A stretch of DNA of 64,000 nt, from assembly GCF_006345805.1 (NCBI RefSeq), contig NC_043014.1:9982001-10046000 (forward strand). Direction: 5' to 3'. Below the pieces are notes generated by a model. It had not been told where the DNA came from. It did no database searches and saw only the letters and a program-made list of their open reading frames with translations. Source of the DNA: Octopus sinensis. Taxonomy: Eukaryota. Shown piece after piece: positions 12,466 to 25,865 of the stretch. The translations under genes and the position numbers were made by a program. Within the stretch, counting starts at the first letter, position 1; each line of letters begins with the position of its first letter.

Positions 12466-12674
12466 ATCGACTGACGTGATGTGGCATCAGCTCCGCAGAT
12501 AACCCCATTTTTCGGCCTTTTATTGCATACATTTTGTTTCAATTTTTGCACACAAGGTGTGTAAAGGACCCAGCTTTCGTGGAGTGTGTTTTCAAGGAGC
12601 AGTTTCTAGGAGCAGTTTCAAACCTATTTACATTTCTATTGTCTTCGATTTCCTTGCCATAGATCTAAACAAAT

Positions 12675-13508
12675 ATGGCTAAGGGAAACCATGAAGCCGA
12701 CGTCCCGCATATATCAATGCCAGAGGCGAAAGAAGCTAAAAGCAAAGCCGTTCCGCATGAATACACACAGGCCTTACAAGGCAAGAATGCTACTATAACC
12801 GCTAGCTCCACCACTGCTACCACCACTACCGCCATCACCACCACAGCCAACACGAATACTGAAAACAATTTTGCCGCAGCTTTAAAGTTAATCATGTGCT
12901 TTTCCAAAGAAGAACTGCTCGCCTGTAAAGCAATGTTAAAAAAAGACGACCTTGGCATACAACTACAGATACCACAAAACATCACGGAAAAAATTCGAAA
13001 AAAACCTAATGATTTACAGTACACTCAACCTAAAAGCAAGGCTATACGAAAAGGCCACTCAAGAAAATGTTGAAAATGTTTAAGGCCTATATGGGCCTTT
13101 AAAGACTACATCACGAGGGAAACAGATTTGCCACGATCGAAGTTCGATTCGACAGTGAAGAAAGAACCAAGGACTTCTCCACAATTTGAAATTTTACTGA
13201 TGATCCCTCCATACCTTGTTCGTAGGGTCACAAAAATTAAAATAAAGAATGCGCCTCCTGAAATAGATATGAAATGGCTGGTGTCTGCCATTTGCTATGA
13301 CATCGAGGACGAAATCCATATCTTGGAAATTACTGTCGTGGTCCAGCAAAACTGGATTGGCCAAGAAATCGAAATTCTTGTTCTAATTAATCAGATGATT
13401 TTCGAAAAATTCCACATCGAATCCAATTTGGGATTAAAGTTTACATGTGGCCGTCGAAAAAAAGCCAATGTTGACTTCGAAACATATGTCGAAAGTAAAA
13501 GAATTTGA
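12675..13508 (+). pseudogene. Broken ORF, possibly ORF1 remnant of a non-LTR retrotransposon
   Basis: Two successive coding-like ORFs (132 and 126 aa). PPYLVRRVTKIKIKNAPPEI loosely resembles L1/Tx1 ORF1 segments. No diagnostic motif. Confidence 0.3.
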
Positions 13509-13684
13509 TTAACATCTGCGTTCAACTTCATCTTTTTACTTATACTATACAAATTACTGCATGTTAACCTGCAGTTTCTACCTTTGAATAGGTCGGTACA
13601 TCTTTGTTATTTGCGTGAATTTTGCTATTTTGCTACCCCGGTAACTGTTTATTGAATTTTCCGTGTAAACTGTAATTCCTTCAT

Positions 13685-13720
<36 letters not shown>

Positions 13721-13722
<2 letters not shown>

Positions 13723-14482
13723 TAAGTAATTAAGGGTTTAGCAACGATTTGCCTCACCACGCACCGAATTTAGAAATAGCAGTCAAAGAGTTATAGCTAT
13801 TCTTTCTACTAAAAGGGAGATCTCAGTAAAACCACAGCACTTGAAAGGCAAACACAGACAGGCAAGAGAGAAAGAAATGACGACAATCGATCATACAATA
13901 TTAAGTCACCTACGGACGTACGTTTCGAAATTAAGTTTTAGGAAAGCATAAGAATTAGATAATTATGTCTTACCCAACTTTTTTTCTCATCAGCGTAGGA
14001 CACTACAATTATGAATAATTGTATATTAAATTTCGAGGTACTAGAAGACATCATCTCAACTCAGTATCAGAGCGAGCTAAAGCCGTTACCAGTATCACCA
14101 AATTCAAAGTGTGAATGAAAGTTTGTGTCACCAACCCCCTCCCACCAGCGTGCAGCCAAGACAAGATGTTGTGGTCATTTACTGGGATGAAATATGGTTA
14201 TCAGTAATAATATAGGGTGAAATTAATTAATTTGGAATAATCATTAATTTCACCAAGTAGATTTCGGCATGTAAAAGCCCCATTCGAGGAAAGTTTAAGT
14301 AATACTAAGTAATTAAGGGTTTAGCAACGATTTGCCTCACCACACACCGAATTTAGAAATAGCAGTCAAAGAGTTATAGCTATTCTTTCTACTAAAAGGG
14401 AGATCTCAGTAAAACCACAGCACTTAAAAGGCAAACGCAGGCGAAAGAGAAAGAAATGACGACAATCGATCATACAATATTA
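13721..14482 (-). mobile_element. Retrozyme/Penelope-pLTR-like element: about 1.3 copies of a 583-bp unit within (TA)n
   Basis: Direct repeats 13721-13903 and 14304-14482, highly similar. Internal hammerhead. (TA)n on both flanks. Confidence 0.75.
13909..13999 (-). ncRNA. Type I hammerhead ribozyme, canonical core, GUC cleavage site
   Basis: Minus strand: CCTACG CTGATGA GAAA..(long stem II)..TTTC GAAA CGTACG TC CGTAGG. Confidence 0.85.
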
Positions 14483-14489
14483 TTACTGA

Positions 14490-14566
<77 letters not shown>

Positions 14567-15114
14567 GGAAGGGGGAAGAGACAGACAAACATAGAGGGGG
14601 AGAGATTAACAGAATGAGATAAATACTCCAAAGTTGTGAATAGTTTTCAGAACATTTATAAAGAGATGTTACAGCTGTTTCCGGAATATTTTATATATCC
14701 CTTCATAAGTGACGGTGCGAGAAAATGTTTAAGTAATAGTTATAAAGATATGAAATACAGAGTGAAGTGGAAGAATGAAAATAGATGTGAGATATGTAAG
14801 TATATTGTATTTGCAGATCCATTATTAAAGCAGAATGGTGTATATATAAGTTTCCTGTACCTTGTGTGTGAGTTCCAATGGTGTTTAAAATTGGTGATTC
14901 CAAGCATAGATATGTATATATATATATCGCTAGCATTACGTACGGGAGTGTAGTTAATCGATTGTTACAACTTAATGTATTTATAAATCCTCTTGGTTAC
15001 AATCCCCTTCTGGTAGTAGAAAATGTGAATTTATAGCACTCACACATGATAACCCTATTTGAAGCATAAGAGACATTCACGAATATTACTTTATGTGATA
15101 ATTTTCACGTGGAA

Positions 15115-15523
15115 TATGACCCCCTTCAGTCATAACCATGGGATTGCACCTAGAGAGTTACCTTCCGAGGCACAAGTCTGAGCAAAATTGCTTATGGAAG
15201 ACCAACAGTCGCCCATGCATACCAGCCTCCCCTCTCTATGCCACCGAAGCTGTCCAAGGGAAAGGCAAAGGCTTGGCATCAGTGACGTCGCAGTTCATTT
15301 ATTAACGTGCAAGTGGCTTAGCACTCCACAGACACATGTACTCTTCACGTAGTTCCCTGGGAGATTCAGCGTGATACAGAGTGTGACAAGACTAGCCCTT
15401 TGAAATACAGGTACAACAGAAACAGGAAGAAAGAGTGAGAGAAAGTTGTGGTAAAAGAGTACAGCAGGGTTCACCACCACCCCCTACCGGAGCATCGTGG
15501 AGCTTTAGGTGTTTTCGCTCAAT
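15115..15523 (-). mobile_element. Chimeric SINE: family A body with E tail
   Basis: 15300-15523 matches family A; 15115-15295 matches the tail at 20520-20710. Confidence 0.7.
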
Positions 15524-15879
15524 ATCACATGGAATATAGATACACATTTGCCAATTAAACGCTACAGATGTGGTGTTTAAGATTAATTAGACAGATTAAT
15601 TGCAACAATATCAATGGTGTGGAATGTTTGCCGCAGGTCCAGCAGATCTTTGGGGGGAGGGGGAAAGTCGATTTCCTGAGAATCAGTGCTAGTGATATCA
15701 ATCACAATACAAAGATAAGTGGGGACAGGCAGTCCTCTTCGAATATGCTCCTCCTAATTTCTACTGTCCCTAAGCTTCTTCCGTGTGCTGTCAAGTCCGT
15801 CCTCCAATTCACCATACTTTTTCCAAGCAATCGCTCAACATTCGATGCACTACCAAATAGATTCATACACTCCATAATC

Positions 15880-16280
15880 CAAGACTGGTACTTATTTTAC
15901 CGACTTCGGTGCGGATGAAAGGCAAATTCGACCTCGGCGGAATTTTAACGCAGAATGAGAAGACGGAGAAAATGGCCCTAAAAATTTTTGCCCGTCGTGC
16001 TAACGATTCCGCGGGCGACCCTGCTCAACAACATAAACAACAACAACCACAACAATAATATTAATAATCTTTTCAACTAAAGGCACAAGGCCAGGAATTG
16101 GGGGGGGGGGGCTAATCGATTATATCGACCTCAGTGCTTCACTGGTACTTATTTCATCGACCACGAAAGAATGAAAAGCAAATTCAAGCTCGGTAGAATT
16201 TGGACTAAGAACGTAAAGACGGACGAAATGCCACTAAGCATTTCGTCCGGTGTGCTAACGACTCTGCTCACTCACCGCCT
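15880..16280 (-). mobile_element. Two degenerate SINE family B copies
   Basis: gatgaaaggcaaattcgacctcggcggaatt core occurs twice. Confidence 0.6.
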
Positions 16281-16344
16281 TAATACCTTAATAATAATAA
16301 TAATAATAACAATAATAACAATAATAACAATAATAATAATAATA

Positions 16345-16381
<37 letters not shown>

Positions 16382-16384
<3 letters not shown>

Positions 16385-16739
16385 TGATGTATCAATACCA
16401 GCAGATGACACCGTGTCTTTAAAATAAATGGAGAAACTTTCAAAATACAAAGACCTGGAAATAGAGGTAACTCGAATGTGGAATCTAAAAACAGAAACAA
16501 TTCCTATCATAGTAGGTGCATTAGGTATGATAAAAAAATATTCAGACAAATACATAACAAAAACACCCGGACTTACAAACACATATAACATACAGAAAAT
16601 TACACTACTAGGCACTGCACACATCCTACGCAAAACACTTTCAATACAGTAACCATCAGAGCAGCATCACAACAATTAACAACACATACCCAAGGCGCAC
16701 AGAGCTGCGCTCGGTAGTGAAGTGAAAGCACCCTATAAA

Positions 16740-16740
<1 letters not shown>
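16382..16740 (+). mobile_element. 5'-truncated R4/Dong-like non-LTR element (restriction-like endonuclease C-terminus) in (AAT)n
   Basis: IDVSIPADD..EKLSKYKDLEIEVTRMW..IPIIVGALG..IQKITLLGTAHILRK. (AAT)n on both sides. Confidence 0.85.
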
Positions 16741-16799
<59 letters not shown>

Positions 16800-16802
<3 letters not shown>

Positions 16803-17455
16803 CTGCAGAATATGTGGAGATGGACAAGAAACAATAAATCATATTATCTCTAGCTGCCCAGTCCTGGCCAAGAAGGAATATATTCACAGACATGACAGAG
16901 TTGGAACCTACATACATTGGAAGCTATGCCAACATTATGGAATAACAACAGAAAAAAGATGGTATAGGCACACACCAGAAAAGGTTACAGAAAACGAGAA
17001 AGCAACCATACTCTGGGATATGCCGATACACACAGATAGAGAAATAAGGCCAACAGACCAGATATAGTTGTCAGAGATCATGAAGAAAAAAAATGCTTTC
17101 TAATTGATGTATCAATACCGGCAGATGACAACGTGTCTCTAAAAGAAATGGAGAAACTCTCAAAATACAAAGACCTGGAAATAGAGGTAACTAGAATGTG
17201 GAATCTGAAAACAGAAACAATTCCTATCATAGTAGGTGCATTAGGCATGATAAAAAAATATTCAGACAAATACATAACAAAAACACCAGGACTTACAAAC
17301 ACATATATCATACAGAAAATTGCACTACTAGGCACTGCACACATCCTACGCAGAGCACTTTCCATACAATAACCATCAGAGCATCACAACAAATCACAGC
17401 ACATACCCAAGGCACACTATAAAAATAAAGCACGCTATAAAAATAAAACTACTGA
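16800..17455 (+). mobile_element. R4/Dong-like element fragment with CCHC knuckle and RLE domain
   Basis: CRICGDGQETINHIISSC, RHDRV, ILWDMPIHTDREI, NRPDIVV..FLIDVSIP..EKLSKY, with frameshifts. Confidence 0.9.
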
Positions 17456-17464
17456 ATAATAATA

Positions 17465-18285
17465 ACATCTAATAGACAAAAATCTACTTAGAGACTGCAA
17501 GACGAGAAAAAGTAACTTGGCCATGTCATGTATCGACCATCGTAAGGCGTACGATATGATCCCAAATTCTTGGATTACGGAATGTACGAACCTATATGGT
17601 ATTGCATCGAATGTTGAGCGATTGCTTGGAAAAAGTATGGCGAATTGGAAACGGACTTGACAGCATACGGAAAACGTTTAGGGAAGTAGAAATTAGAAGG
17701 GGCATCTTCCAAGGGGACTGCCAGTCCCGATTTATCGTTGTACTGTGATTGATATCACTAGCACTGATTCTCAGGAATGCAAAATCTGGGTATGTATTCA
17801 AAAGGTCAATCATTTGTTATTCATGGACGACTTCAAACTATATGGTAAAAATGAAGCCCAATCAGTTCCCTCGTTGATGTGGTGTATACCTTCAGTGCTG
17901 ATATCAGAATGGAATTTGAACTGAGAAAGTGTGGTGTGTTAGTCTTGAAGAGAGGCAAAATCAAATGTATGGACGGGATAACGATACCGTTGGGGGAGGT
18001 TATGAAGCAGATAGAAGAGACGGGCTATGAGTACTTCTAAAGCTAGCAGTAATACCAATAATTGTCAGAGCCCTGGGAACAGTGAGCAACAATCTTGAGA
18101 AGTACGTGAAACAAATAGGGGCTGCAGTAAGGGTGGGGCACTTGCAGAAAACAGCAGTGCTTGGAAAGACTCGAATAATCCGAGTGGTACTCGAAAAATA
18201 AGGTGTGTTACCTTAGTTCACTCGTAGTGAAGAGCTGACACCGTAGAACGTCTCTAGCGTTAGAAGCTGTGCGAAGGCAATAATA
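17465..18285 (+). mobile_element. Second R4-like family, decayed reverse transcriptase with internal deletion
   Basis: IDHRKAYDMIPNSW, RRGIFQGD, HLLFMDDFKLY, KCGVL, then C-terminal LQKTAVLG. Ends in (AAT)n. Confidence 0.8.
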
Positions 18286-18359
18286 ATAACGATGATGATA
18301 TTTTCTACTAAAGGCACAAGCCGTTTCTCAGAGTACCACACAGACTTTCGTCAGCTTTG

Positions 18360-18670
18360 AACTGTTCAGATATATGACAGGGGAGGAGTGAGATCTGAGC
18401 TGTAGGTAGGATGTTCCAAAAACCAATTGGTAAATGGTTTCAACGGTCTAGGTGGCCATGATTGGGCGTGCATTTTCATGCAACAAGAAAATCGTTCTTC
18501 GAAAATAGGCTTCGGTGTTTTGTGCGAATTGCTGGCTTCAATTTTGTTGGCCAGCAAAGCATTGTCTTGCATTGTTGATCGTCCACCCCTTTTCCAGAGA
18601 AATCGGATCACCATTCTTTGTTCTTCATTGGTGCACATTGCTAGTGAAGCAGCCATGCTTATACTGTAAA
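18360..18670 (-). mobile_element. Internally deleted mariner transposase remnant
   Basis: EEQRMVIRFLW (N-terminal) and EHPTYSSDL (YSPDL-like). Confidence 0.6.
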
Positions 18671-19543
18671 GCCTGAAATAATGGCGCGCTCAAGCTAAAA
18701 TTTCAATCATGTGACTACAATAGTACCAACTATAAATACGCATGCGCAGAAGACAATATAACAGTAATAAAGATGAGTTATGGTGAAAGAGCGGATAATG
18801 TTTGACATTGGACTTTCAAATACTCGGCATTCTTTACATAATAAGGTCGCATTACACGCATAGCAATTGTTGTCAGTTAAAATAAAATTAGAACGTCTTA
18901 TACAACGGCAAATACAGTAAGAGTTGAAATTGCATTGCAAATAGAATAATATAATATAGCGATCAATATAGAATATTCCTGCAGGATGGAAGACGAAATT
19001 AATGTAAAATGCCAACAGTTACGAACGAATCTGAAGGAAATTTAAGTAATATCTGAAACAGCTGTAATCTTACATAACGCCTCAACACAAAATTCATCAC
19101 TATAATACTATGTTATTGTTCGCAAGTCATCCGTCAACGAAGGAATGGACTGCTAAGTTCTCATTTGTAATTTTCATTCTTTTTACGCAAATATAAAGGG
19201 GTGTTAGAAGGATTTTTACATGTGACATAACTCTCTCAGTTAGCGAAAGCCCTTCACAAGCCGAATTTCCTAATGTAGTACAGAAATTATTTATGCATAA
19301 ACTCGAGCGATTATGGTTATTTTAGGTGGCCATTCAAGGCATTTCTGTTTTATCCCATAATCACTTGACAGCTTAGATATCATAAAGAAAATATTAATAT
19401 ATTTTTGCTTCTTACATACAAGAGAATATTTAAGTCTAGTATTGATTGTGGCGTCTCATACTCGTGTCATATCCAAAACGAAATCGAATCAGGTTGGATA
19501 AAGCATATAGAGGTAGTTATAAAATGTACAAATACATAAATAT

Positions 19544-19950
19544 AGGTGCAGGAGTGGCTGTGTGGTAAGTAGCTTGCTAACCAACCACATGGTTCCGGGT
19601 TCAGTCCCACTGCGTGGCATCTTGGGCAAGTGTCTTCTGCTATAGCCCCGGGCCGACCAAAGCCTTGTGAGTGGATTTGGTAGACGGAAACTGAAAGAAG
19701 CCTGTCGTATATATCTATATATATATATATATATATATATGTGTATTTGTGTGTCTGTGTTTGTCCCACTAGCATTGCTTGACAACCGATGCTGGTGTGG
19801 TTAAGTCCCCGTCACTTAACGGTTCGGCAAAAGAGAACGATAGAATAAGTACTGGGCTTACAAAGAATAAGTCCCGGGGTCGATTTGCTCGACTAAAGGC
19901 GGTGCTCCAGCATGGCCGCAGTCAAATGACTGAAACAAGTAAAAAAAAAT
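19544..19950 (+). mobile_element. SINE family D
   Basis: Full-length copy. Confidence 0.9.
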
Positions 19951-20189
19951 CCCAGATGCAGAACATAATTCTAATAGCGCAATAGAAGCCGCTCTATAGT
20001 AAAATATTTATCTGCGTAACGTATGAGCATGTGTTTAGTTGCAAAGAAAGTGTTTGTAGCATTTCGTTTTGGAAGAATACGCTTACATGGAAATTTTTCT
20101 GGAGAGATACATCCACCTCTAACATTTCAGCTACACACATTCGTTGAGTACATTACACAGAAATGAATTATAGAGATTGCAATTATTAT

Positions 20190-20350
20190 TGTTACTCGCA
20201 GCTTTGATCTAACTTCGGATGAAGATATGAAGAAAGCGGTGTATAAATTGTTGAACGAGCAAGCGAAAACCTTCTTCTTGGAAGGAATACGCAAGCTTAC
20301 AGATCGCAGGACCAAGTGCATCGAAAAGGAAGGAGTCTATACAGAAAAAA
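20190..20350 (+). mobile_element. mariner transposase C-terminal remnant
   Basis: SDEDMKKAVYKLLNEQAKTFFLEGIRKLTDRRTKCIEKEGVYTEK. Confidence 0.65.
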
Positions 20351-20399
20351 AAACGACGTACAGGTTTATCCCCTAATTTTGTGCAAAAATTTGCTTTCT

Positions 20400-20715
20400 C
20401 ACTCAACGATCGTGAGGTTGTCAGCTCGAATCCCGGTCCGGGCTGCGTGTTGTGTTCTTGAGCAAAGCACTTTATTTCACGTTGCTCCAGTTCACTCAGC
20501 TGTAGAAATGAGTTGCGACGTCACTGGTGCCAAGCTGTATCGGCCCCTTTGCCTTTCCCTTGGATAACATCAGTGGCGTGAAGAGGGGAGGCCGGTATGC
20601 ATGGGCGACTGCTGGTCTTCCATAAACAACCTCGCCCGGACCTGTGTCTAGGAGGGTAACTTTCTAGGTGCAATCCCATGGTCATTCATGACCGAAGGGG
20701 GTCTTTACCCTTTTT
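20400..20715 (+). mobile_element. Chimeric SINE: family C head/CORE-like with E tail
   Basis: ttgtgttcttgagcaaagcactttatttcacgttgctccag followed by the E tail. Confidence 0.75.
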
Positions 20716-20899
20716 ACATTAGCAAGGGTGCATTTTATACACCAGAAGATACGGTTATCTGTATCTAATACGGTTTACTGTGTCTCTTGTGTACAAATGT
20801 TTGCTAAGTGAACTTCATGTTTACACTGTTTATATTCAATAATTGCTGGAATACACGACGAATACAGCAATATTACTTCATACGGAAGATTTTTGGCTA

Positions 20900-21110
20900 T
20901 ACTCTTACTCTTTTTACTCTTTTACTTGTTTCGGTCATTTGACTGCGGCCATGCTGGAGCACCGCCTTTAGTCGAGCAAATCAACCCCGGGACTTATTCT
21001 TTGTAAGCCCAGCACTTATTCTATCGGTCTCTTTTGCCGAACCGGTAAGCATCGGCTGTCAAGCAATGCTAGGGGGACAAACACAGACACACAAACACAC
21101 ACATACATAG

Positions 21111-21167
<57 letters not shown>

Positions 21168-21332
21168 TACGACAGGCGTCTTTCAGTTTCCGTCTACCAA
21201 ATCCACTCACAAGGCATGGTCGGCCCGGGGCTATAGCAGAAGACACTTGCTCAAGATGCCACGCAGTGGGACTGAACTCGGAACCATGTGGTTGGTTAGC
21301 AAGCTACTTACCACACAGCCACTCCTGCGCCT
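20900..21332 (-). mobile_element. SINE family D
   Basis: Reverse complement of family D, with a small internal deletion. Confidence 0.85.
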
Positions 21333-21857
21333 GATTGTTTATATAACGAAATTTTGTACTGGATTACGTTTCCTCTTGTAGTTTGAAGTACTCTTGGGCG
21401 AAACTGGATTACATTTTGATACACGTGTACGTAATATAATTACTGATTTATATCTTAAAGAGGTTGCGTGAATATAATGCTAGTAGAGACAGAACGACGA
21501 GAAACTTCAGCGTTCTTAGCTATGATTAAACTGTCAACGATTTGCACATTTCGTGAAATCTGATATGATTCATTTTCGGGAGATGTCTAAGATGCTCACA
21601 TCTGAAGTTTCATAATCACTTTTCAATCATCGCTGTGCAGATGGACACTAGTTTAATAGAACCTAGTTTCTTGAATACTGAAGGGAAACAGACCCAGTTG
21701 GTCAGCATCAGTGTCTTACACAAAGTCAAAGTATATCTGTCCACATGTCATTCTTAAAAATGGATTCTCAAGAACAAAAGTGACGAGAAGCAGATCTGTT
21801 TGTAGTTTTCGATTCTTTCGAAATTTTTTTTTTTAAGGAATTAGATGATATCGTAGT

Positions 21858-22122
21858 GGAGGCGCGTGGTTTAGTGGTTAGGGTGCCAGCACCATGATCG
21901 TAAGATTGTGGTTTCGATTCCTGGACCGGGGGGCGCGCTGTGTTCTTGAGCAAAACACTTCATTTCACGTTGCTCCGGTCCACTCAGCTGGCAAAATTGA
22001 GTAACGCTGTGATGGACTGGCGTCGCGTCCAGCGGGGAAACACATACGCCATAGAAACCGGGAAACCGGGCCCATGAGCCTGGGTAGGCTTTAAAAAGGA
22101 TGCATTTATTATTTATTTATTT

Positions 22123-22168
<46 letters not shown>

Positions 22169-22445
22169 TGGAGGCGCGTGGCTTAGTGGTAAGGGTGTCA
22201 GCATCATGATCGTAAGATTGTGGTTTCGATTCCTGGACCGAGCGACGCGTTGTGTTCTTGCGCAAAACACTTCATTTCACGTTGCTCCAGTCCACTCAGC
22301 TGGCAAAATTGAGTAACGCTGCGATGGACTGGCGTCCCGTCCAGCAGGGTAACACATACGCCATAGAAAAACCGGGAAACCGGGCCCATGAGTCTGGATA
22401 GGCTTTAAAAGGGCGCATTTATTTATTTATTTATTTATTTATTAT
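21858..22445 (+). mobile_element. Two tandem SINE family C copies (21858-22120, 22169-22445) separated by (TG)n
   Basis: A and B boxes, CORE-like segment, gatggactggcgtc segment, (TTTA)n tails. Confidence 0.9.
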
Positions 22446-23302
22446 TAAATGATATCGTATAACGCATAATTTTCGATATTTTTGAACAAAACGAAATTTG
22501 ATGCCTTGTTTTCCCTACATTAACACTGATGCAATGGCTATATATTTGTATATAAGTGAGTATATACTGTTCAAATATATTGAAGAGCCATTTTAAAATA
22601 TCATGCTTTTGAAAAACACTTATATCCAATGTAGTTTGTCAAGAATGTTCTATGTTTCAATTTGCTATTCTTGTATGTGGTAATATCAGAAACTTGTAAG
22701 AATGTAAGAGTTTATCATGTAAAGACTTTACGTTTTGTAAGTACATTCTTGATATTGGTAAGTATTTGTTGTTTGTCATCAAATATGTTTTAAGAAATTC
22801 CATTTCTTTTATTGATCTGGTGGTATTTACGACGTGAGATAACTGTTGTTGTTATTGTCGGTGCTGCTCCTGCTGTCTGGAAAGAGTTCAACCACATTCC
22901 AGCAGATCTAGGATAAAAAAAAGATCATGCTAAGTATGGCTGGCTATCTTTGTAAGACATATATAGGGTTGTGACATACAGTGTGTGAATGTCTTTAAAA
23001 CGTCATGGCCTACCGACTAAATCTTTGAACTATATATATATATATATATATATATGAAAAATACAGTGTACAGTTAAACACATAAGTGATGACTATAATA
23101 GGACATCTGACTCACTAAAAAGAGCAGTTAAACTCTAAACCACTAATAGTTGTAATCTGAAAGGGAAACATATATATATATATATATATATACATAATTC
23201 AATTGTAATGCTATATATATACATATATATATATATTAATAGAAGTGGTAAAACAAGAAAAAAATTAAAGAGACGTCGATATTATGTAAATAGAGGAATT
23301 TA

Positions 23303-23929
23303 TCTGTAAATATAATATGCGACAATTATTCGGTAGCCATGATAAAACTACGAGTTTGTATGGACATGCACGCATACACATTCACCGTGAGCATATCTAC
23401 ACCTTTACTTTTTACTCTTATAGCTTATTTTTTACACATTTTTCTGTATTTCGCCTTTAGCCCTGTTTTTTCTTGTGCATGTGAGTATATAGACGTGTGT
23501 ATACACCTTCTGTGTGCGCGCGCACGATTGTGTATGCGAGCGTGATGGCGGGTATGTATATATTCTTTGGCAAATATGTGATGAGCATATGTGTTTTAAG
23601 TGAGGGTGGATGAATATATACATATATGCACATGTACACGGGTATGCGGGCGCGCATGTGCATGTATGGTTATGCGCGCTTAGGCGATTGCTATGAACCT
23701 TTTTTACCCCCTTACCTTTACTCCCTCCCCTTACTTAGCCATCATTCTAATAGCTCTTTTGTCTTAATAACGGTAATTTCCCTTTGTTTAACGATCATTT
23801 TGATAGCATTTTTTTTTTCGTTTTCATGGCCCGATAACTGAAGAGATGCCGGCGTGGGTTTCCGCCCCGACATCCGAAACTCGGAGTTTTATCATGGCTA
23901 CCGAATAATTGTCACATATTATATTTACA
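23303..23929 (+). mobile_element. Penelope-pLTR-like element with inverted terminal duplication
   Basis: 23306-23358 is the reverse complement of 23877-23929. TA-repeat flanks. Confidence 0.65.
23833..23893 (+). ncRNA. Type I hammerhead ribozyme
   Basis: GATAA CTGAAGA GATGcCGGcGtGG-gttt-CCgCcCCGaCATCc GAAA CTCgGAG TT TTATC. Second copy at 29094-29154 (minus). Confidence 0.7.
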
Positions 23930-24299
23930 TACACACACACACACACACATATATATATGTACCACAAAATTGGGTACATAAAGCAAAGGTGAAGACAGCT
24001 CCGTTATCGAGCCATTTCTAATGCCTAAAAGACGCAGAAAATACACTATATAGAGTCGGTTCTAGGCTAAAGTCACAACGTTCTATCCAAGGGAACGAAA
24101 CGCAGTCGTTGTACCGGAAAAGTACTACGTATTCCTCTTTGCCAATACAGGATTTGTACACACTATACATTAGAAAATAACAGACCTCAGGCTGTTCATT
24201 TAACTATCACATGACAATCGAGCGTTGAATTTCTAATAATACGGGGACTGCATCACAGATATCACACACCCTTACATAAGCAATAAACATTACAGATAA

Positions 24300-24685
24300 T
24301 CTCTCTCTATATATAAACGGCAGTTTGTCTGTGTGTGTTTCTGTGTGTCTGTCAGGTTGTACCCTCACCCTGACCACGGCTTTCAACCGATTCTGATGAA
24401 ACTTGACACACACATAGCCCAATGTCAGAATTCAAAACTAACGCAGGGAAAATTTTGAAAAGTTCCCCCAGTTCTGAAAAAAATCGATAAATTCCACATG
24501 GGATCGAGAATCAGAAACACAAACCACAGACTGTCTAGGGGACGCAACTCGACCTTTTTTAACTCTCAAAAAAATTTACCATCATTTCTTTTCCATTTTT
24601 TTGCTATTTTTTGGCTATAACTCTCTATAAATGCTTTATAGTTATTTCCCTTACAAACCTGAGCAACGCCGGGCGATACTGCTAG
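24300..24685 (+). mobile_element. Non-autonomous Helitron with a different 5' half
   Basis: A|TC start and cctgagcaacgccgggcgatactgCTAG|T end. Confidence 0.85.
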
Positions 24686-24984
24686 TATGACATAAAATGT
24701 TCAAATATAGACACTTTCACTATAACAAAAACCATCACGGCAAAATTAATAAATTTCCAAATTTTTCAATACAAGAAATATTGCAATAAGTAAACTTAGT
24801 GCATATGTCTAATGTTAATATAGTCATTGGACGTAGAATAACTACCGTCACTGTATCTCACATGGTTTTATACAATCGTAACCGAACGGAGCCACGTGGG
24901 TGAATCACATTCTCGTTACTAAAACGACATTATCTTCCTATCAAATAGGTTTCTATACTATTTTCTAAATTCTTTTATTTTTTT

Positions 24985-25098
24985 TTCTTATTTCAGCTAT
25001 CTGACTGTGGCAATGCTGGAGCACCGCCTTGAAGGCTTTTAGTCGAACACAGACACAGACACCCACACAATCTGTAAAAAAAAAAAATATATATATAT

Positions 25099-25142
<44 letters not shown>

Positions 25143-25388
25143 GATAGACAAACAGACAGACAGAGAGATATATTTATAGACAGGCAAACAGACAGACATA
25201 TTTAAAGACAGACAGGCAGATATACGACGGCTTTCTTTCAGTTTCCGTCTAACAAATCCATACACAGGACTTTGGTTGGTCAGAGGCTATACTTGAAGAC
25301 ACTCACCCAAGATTACAGGCAGTGCGATTGAACCATGAATCATGTCGTTGGGAAGCAAGCTTCTTACCACACAGCCACACCGGCACCT
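24985..25388 (-). mobile_element. Degenerate SINE family D with internal (GATA)n
   Basis: Head and tail both recognisable. Confidence 0.7.
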
Positions 25389-25811
25389 ATACTACATCTA
25401 ATATCACTTCACATCCTCATCGACACCTATTTTCACCTTCACTATAACATACATCGGAGGCACAATTAGAACCGTTATCTATATCACCAACGGAGCAACC
25501 GTACCCATCGTCTAATAAGTCTATAAGTCTCATACCTTTATCATGACATTAATTATATCAATGTTTTAAAAAATGCTTTTACCGGTAGATTGTCATGACC
25601 GTTTATCATTATTGTTTGCATTTTAATATCACAAGTGATTTTTTTCACTACAAATTGTGGTGAATACTTTGCTGATAATTGCTGTTATTCTTGTCATTAT
25701 CAATATTACTATAATTATTGCCATAACATTTAATATGATGATTGTTAATATTTATTACGATTACTAGTATTTTGTAATATTATTATTATCATTATTATTA
25801 TGATTAATAAT

Positions 25812-25864
<53 letters not shown>

Positions 25865-25865
<1 letters not shown>

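Noticed and set aside
22440-22640. Possible second GIY-YIG remnant (minus; ..HCISVNVGKTR..)
   Set aside because: Too degenerate to call by eye; needs a profile search.
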